From Carcharhinus amblyrhynchos (Eukaryota), in NCBI GenBank assembly GCA_965287045.1, contig OZ336873.1:98084001-98148000 (forward strand): a stretch of DNA of 64,000 nt, written 5' to 3'. Position numbers and translations under genes: made by a program. Under the pieces are notes generated by a model. It did no database searches and had not been told where the DNA came from. It saw nothing but the letters and a program-made list of their open reading frames with translations. Below, one piece after another: positions 62,996 through 64,000 of the stretch (the stretch's first letter is position 1; each line of letters begins with the position of its first letter).

Positions 62996-63075
62996 CATAG
63001 GAACATAGGAGCAGGAGTAGGCCATTTGGTCCTTCGAGCCTGCTCCACCATTCAATAAGAACATGGGTGATCTGG
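62996..63075 (-). mobile_element. CR1 3' tail fragment
   Basis: CATAGGAACATAGGAGCAGGAGTAGGCCATTTGGTCCTTCGAGCCTGCTCCACCATTCAATAAGA. Confidence 0.8.
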
Positions 63076-64000
63076 TGCCCTTTATTTGTGGAAAGCAGGA
63101 GATGCCTGCAAATCCCACAGCCCTGGCAACCTGACTTGGTTCATTCATGCTGGACTGCACATACTTCTATGCTTTGTTGAAAATGGCCTAATATATTAAT
63201 ATGTTGGCGATTGTGTAATTTCCCAAAAATCCCAAGTGGAACCCTGAAATGATTCATTAGCAAAACAGTTGAATGCAGGAGTTACCTTCAGTGCAGGCCA
63301 GCATTGGTTAGACTCCCAACCATGCAGAGGCAATCTGCCATACTCCCTGTGAGGCTATTATGATCCACCACGCTCCTTGACAAAGACGCCTGGGGCACTG
63401 CTTCTCACTGAGCTCCATGTATGAAGGGCATATTCTATAGACCCTTGGTCATGTCAAATGCCCCTGTGGAAGCAATCCCTTCTTATCAGCATCTGGGTCT
63501 TCTTGAGCCCCTGCTGGTTCTTGTTCCTCAGGTCAATGTTCTTCCCTAAGCTGTGCCATGTGGCAACAGGCCCAACTTCTCACTCACATCAAACTCATCA
63601 AGAAGGCAATATTGCCTGCAGCCTGCATTCCGCACTCCTACTTATATCCGTGGACTTTATCCTGGAATGCTTTCCCTCGGTGACCATGCCAGGAAGCCAG
63701 TGTGAAGCCTTAGGCCTGCTTTCCTTCCTAACATGGCATCCTCAAGCTACCCGTCACAGCCGAAGCACATCCCAAAGGTTCACAGATGGCTAAGCATCCT
63801 CCTCTGACATGACTATACACCATCAAACAGGCTTTGATTGGGGTGAATACAGCCATGTGCTCGTAACCTCTGCTGTCAGCCTGCCCCCTTTAATCAAGAT
63901 ACTAACTCAACCTCACAACAATTTTATGACTGCTAGGGTTACGGCATATAGACCATGACCATTCAAACAATAATGTGAAGTTTTGTCAAGAGCTTGTTGC

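Overview
Eukaryotic (vertebrate) DNA, not prokaryotic. The repeat content (HE1/V-SINE-like and Deu-domain SINEs, abundant CR1, L2, RTE, Harbinger-type and Penelope-type remnants) points to a shark or other elasmobranch. One + strand gene fills almost the whole window: a Krueppel-like factor 5 family transcription factor with 4 coding exons (<1-154, 24282-25155, 26887-26946, 59385-59563). All junctions are GT-AG and phase-compatible, giving 421 visible codons plus stop; the start codon probably lies upstream of the window. Its zinc-finger residues look more like the klf5-like paralog than canonical KLF5. Introns 1 (~24.1 kb) and 3 (~32.4 kb) are packed with nested transposon relics, including one young CR1 copy with an intact 303-codon RT C-terminal frame. 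The ~3.1 kb putative 3' UTR is almost repeat-free and carries a miR-145 8-mer site and Pumilio elements. I found no evidence for a wholly new multi-gene system. The best leads are the paralog identity, the conserved-looking post-transcriptional control sites, a Penelope-derived minimal hammerhead relic, an 89-bp inverted repeat around a Harbinger transposase relic, SINE tail swapping, and two motif-dense candidate enhancers. Repeat boundaries are approximate and family names come from recalled consensus motifs, not database searches.
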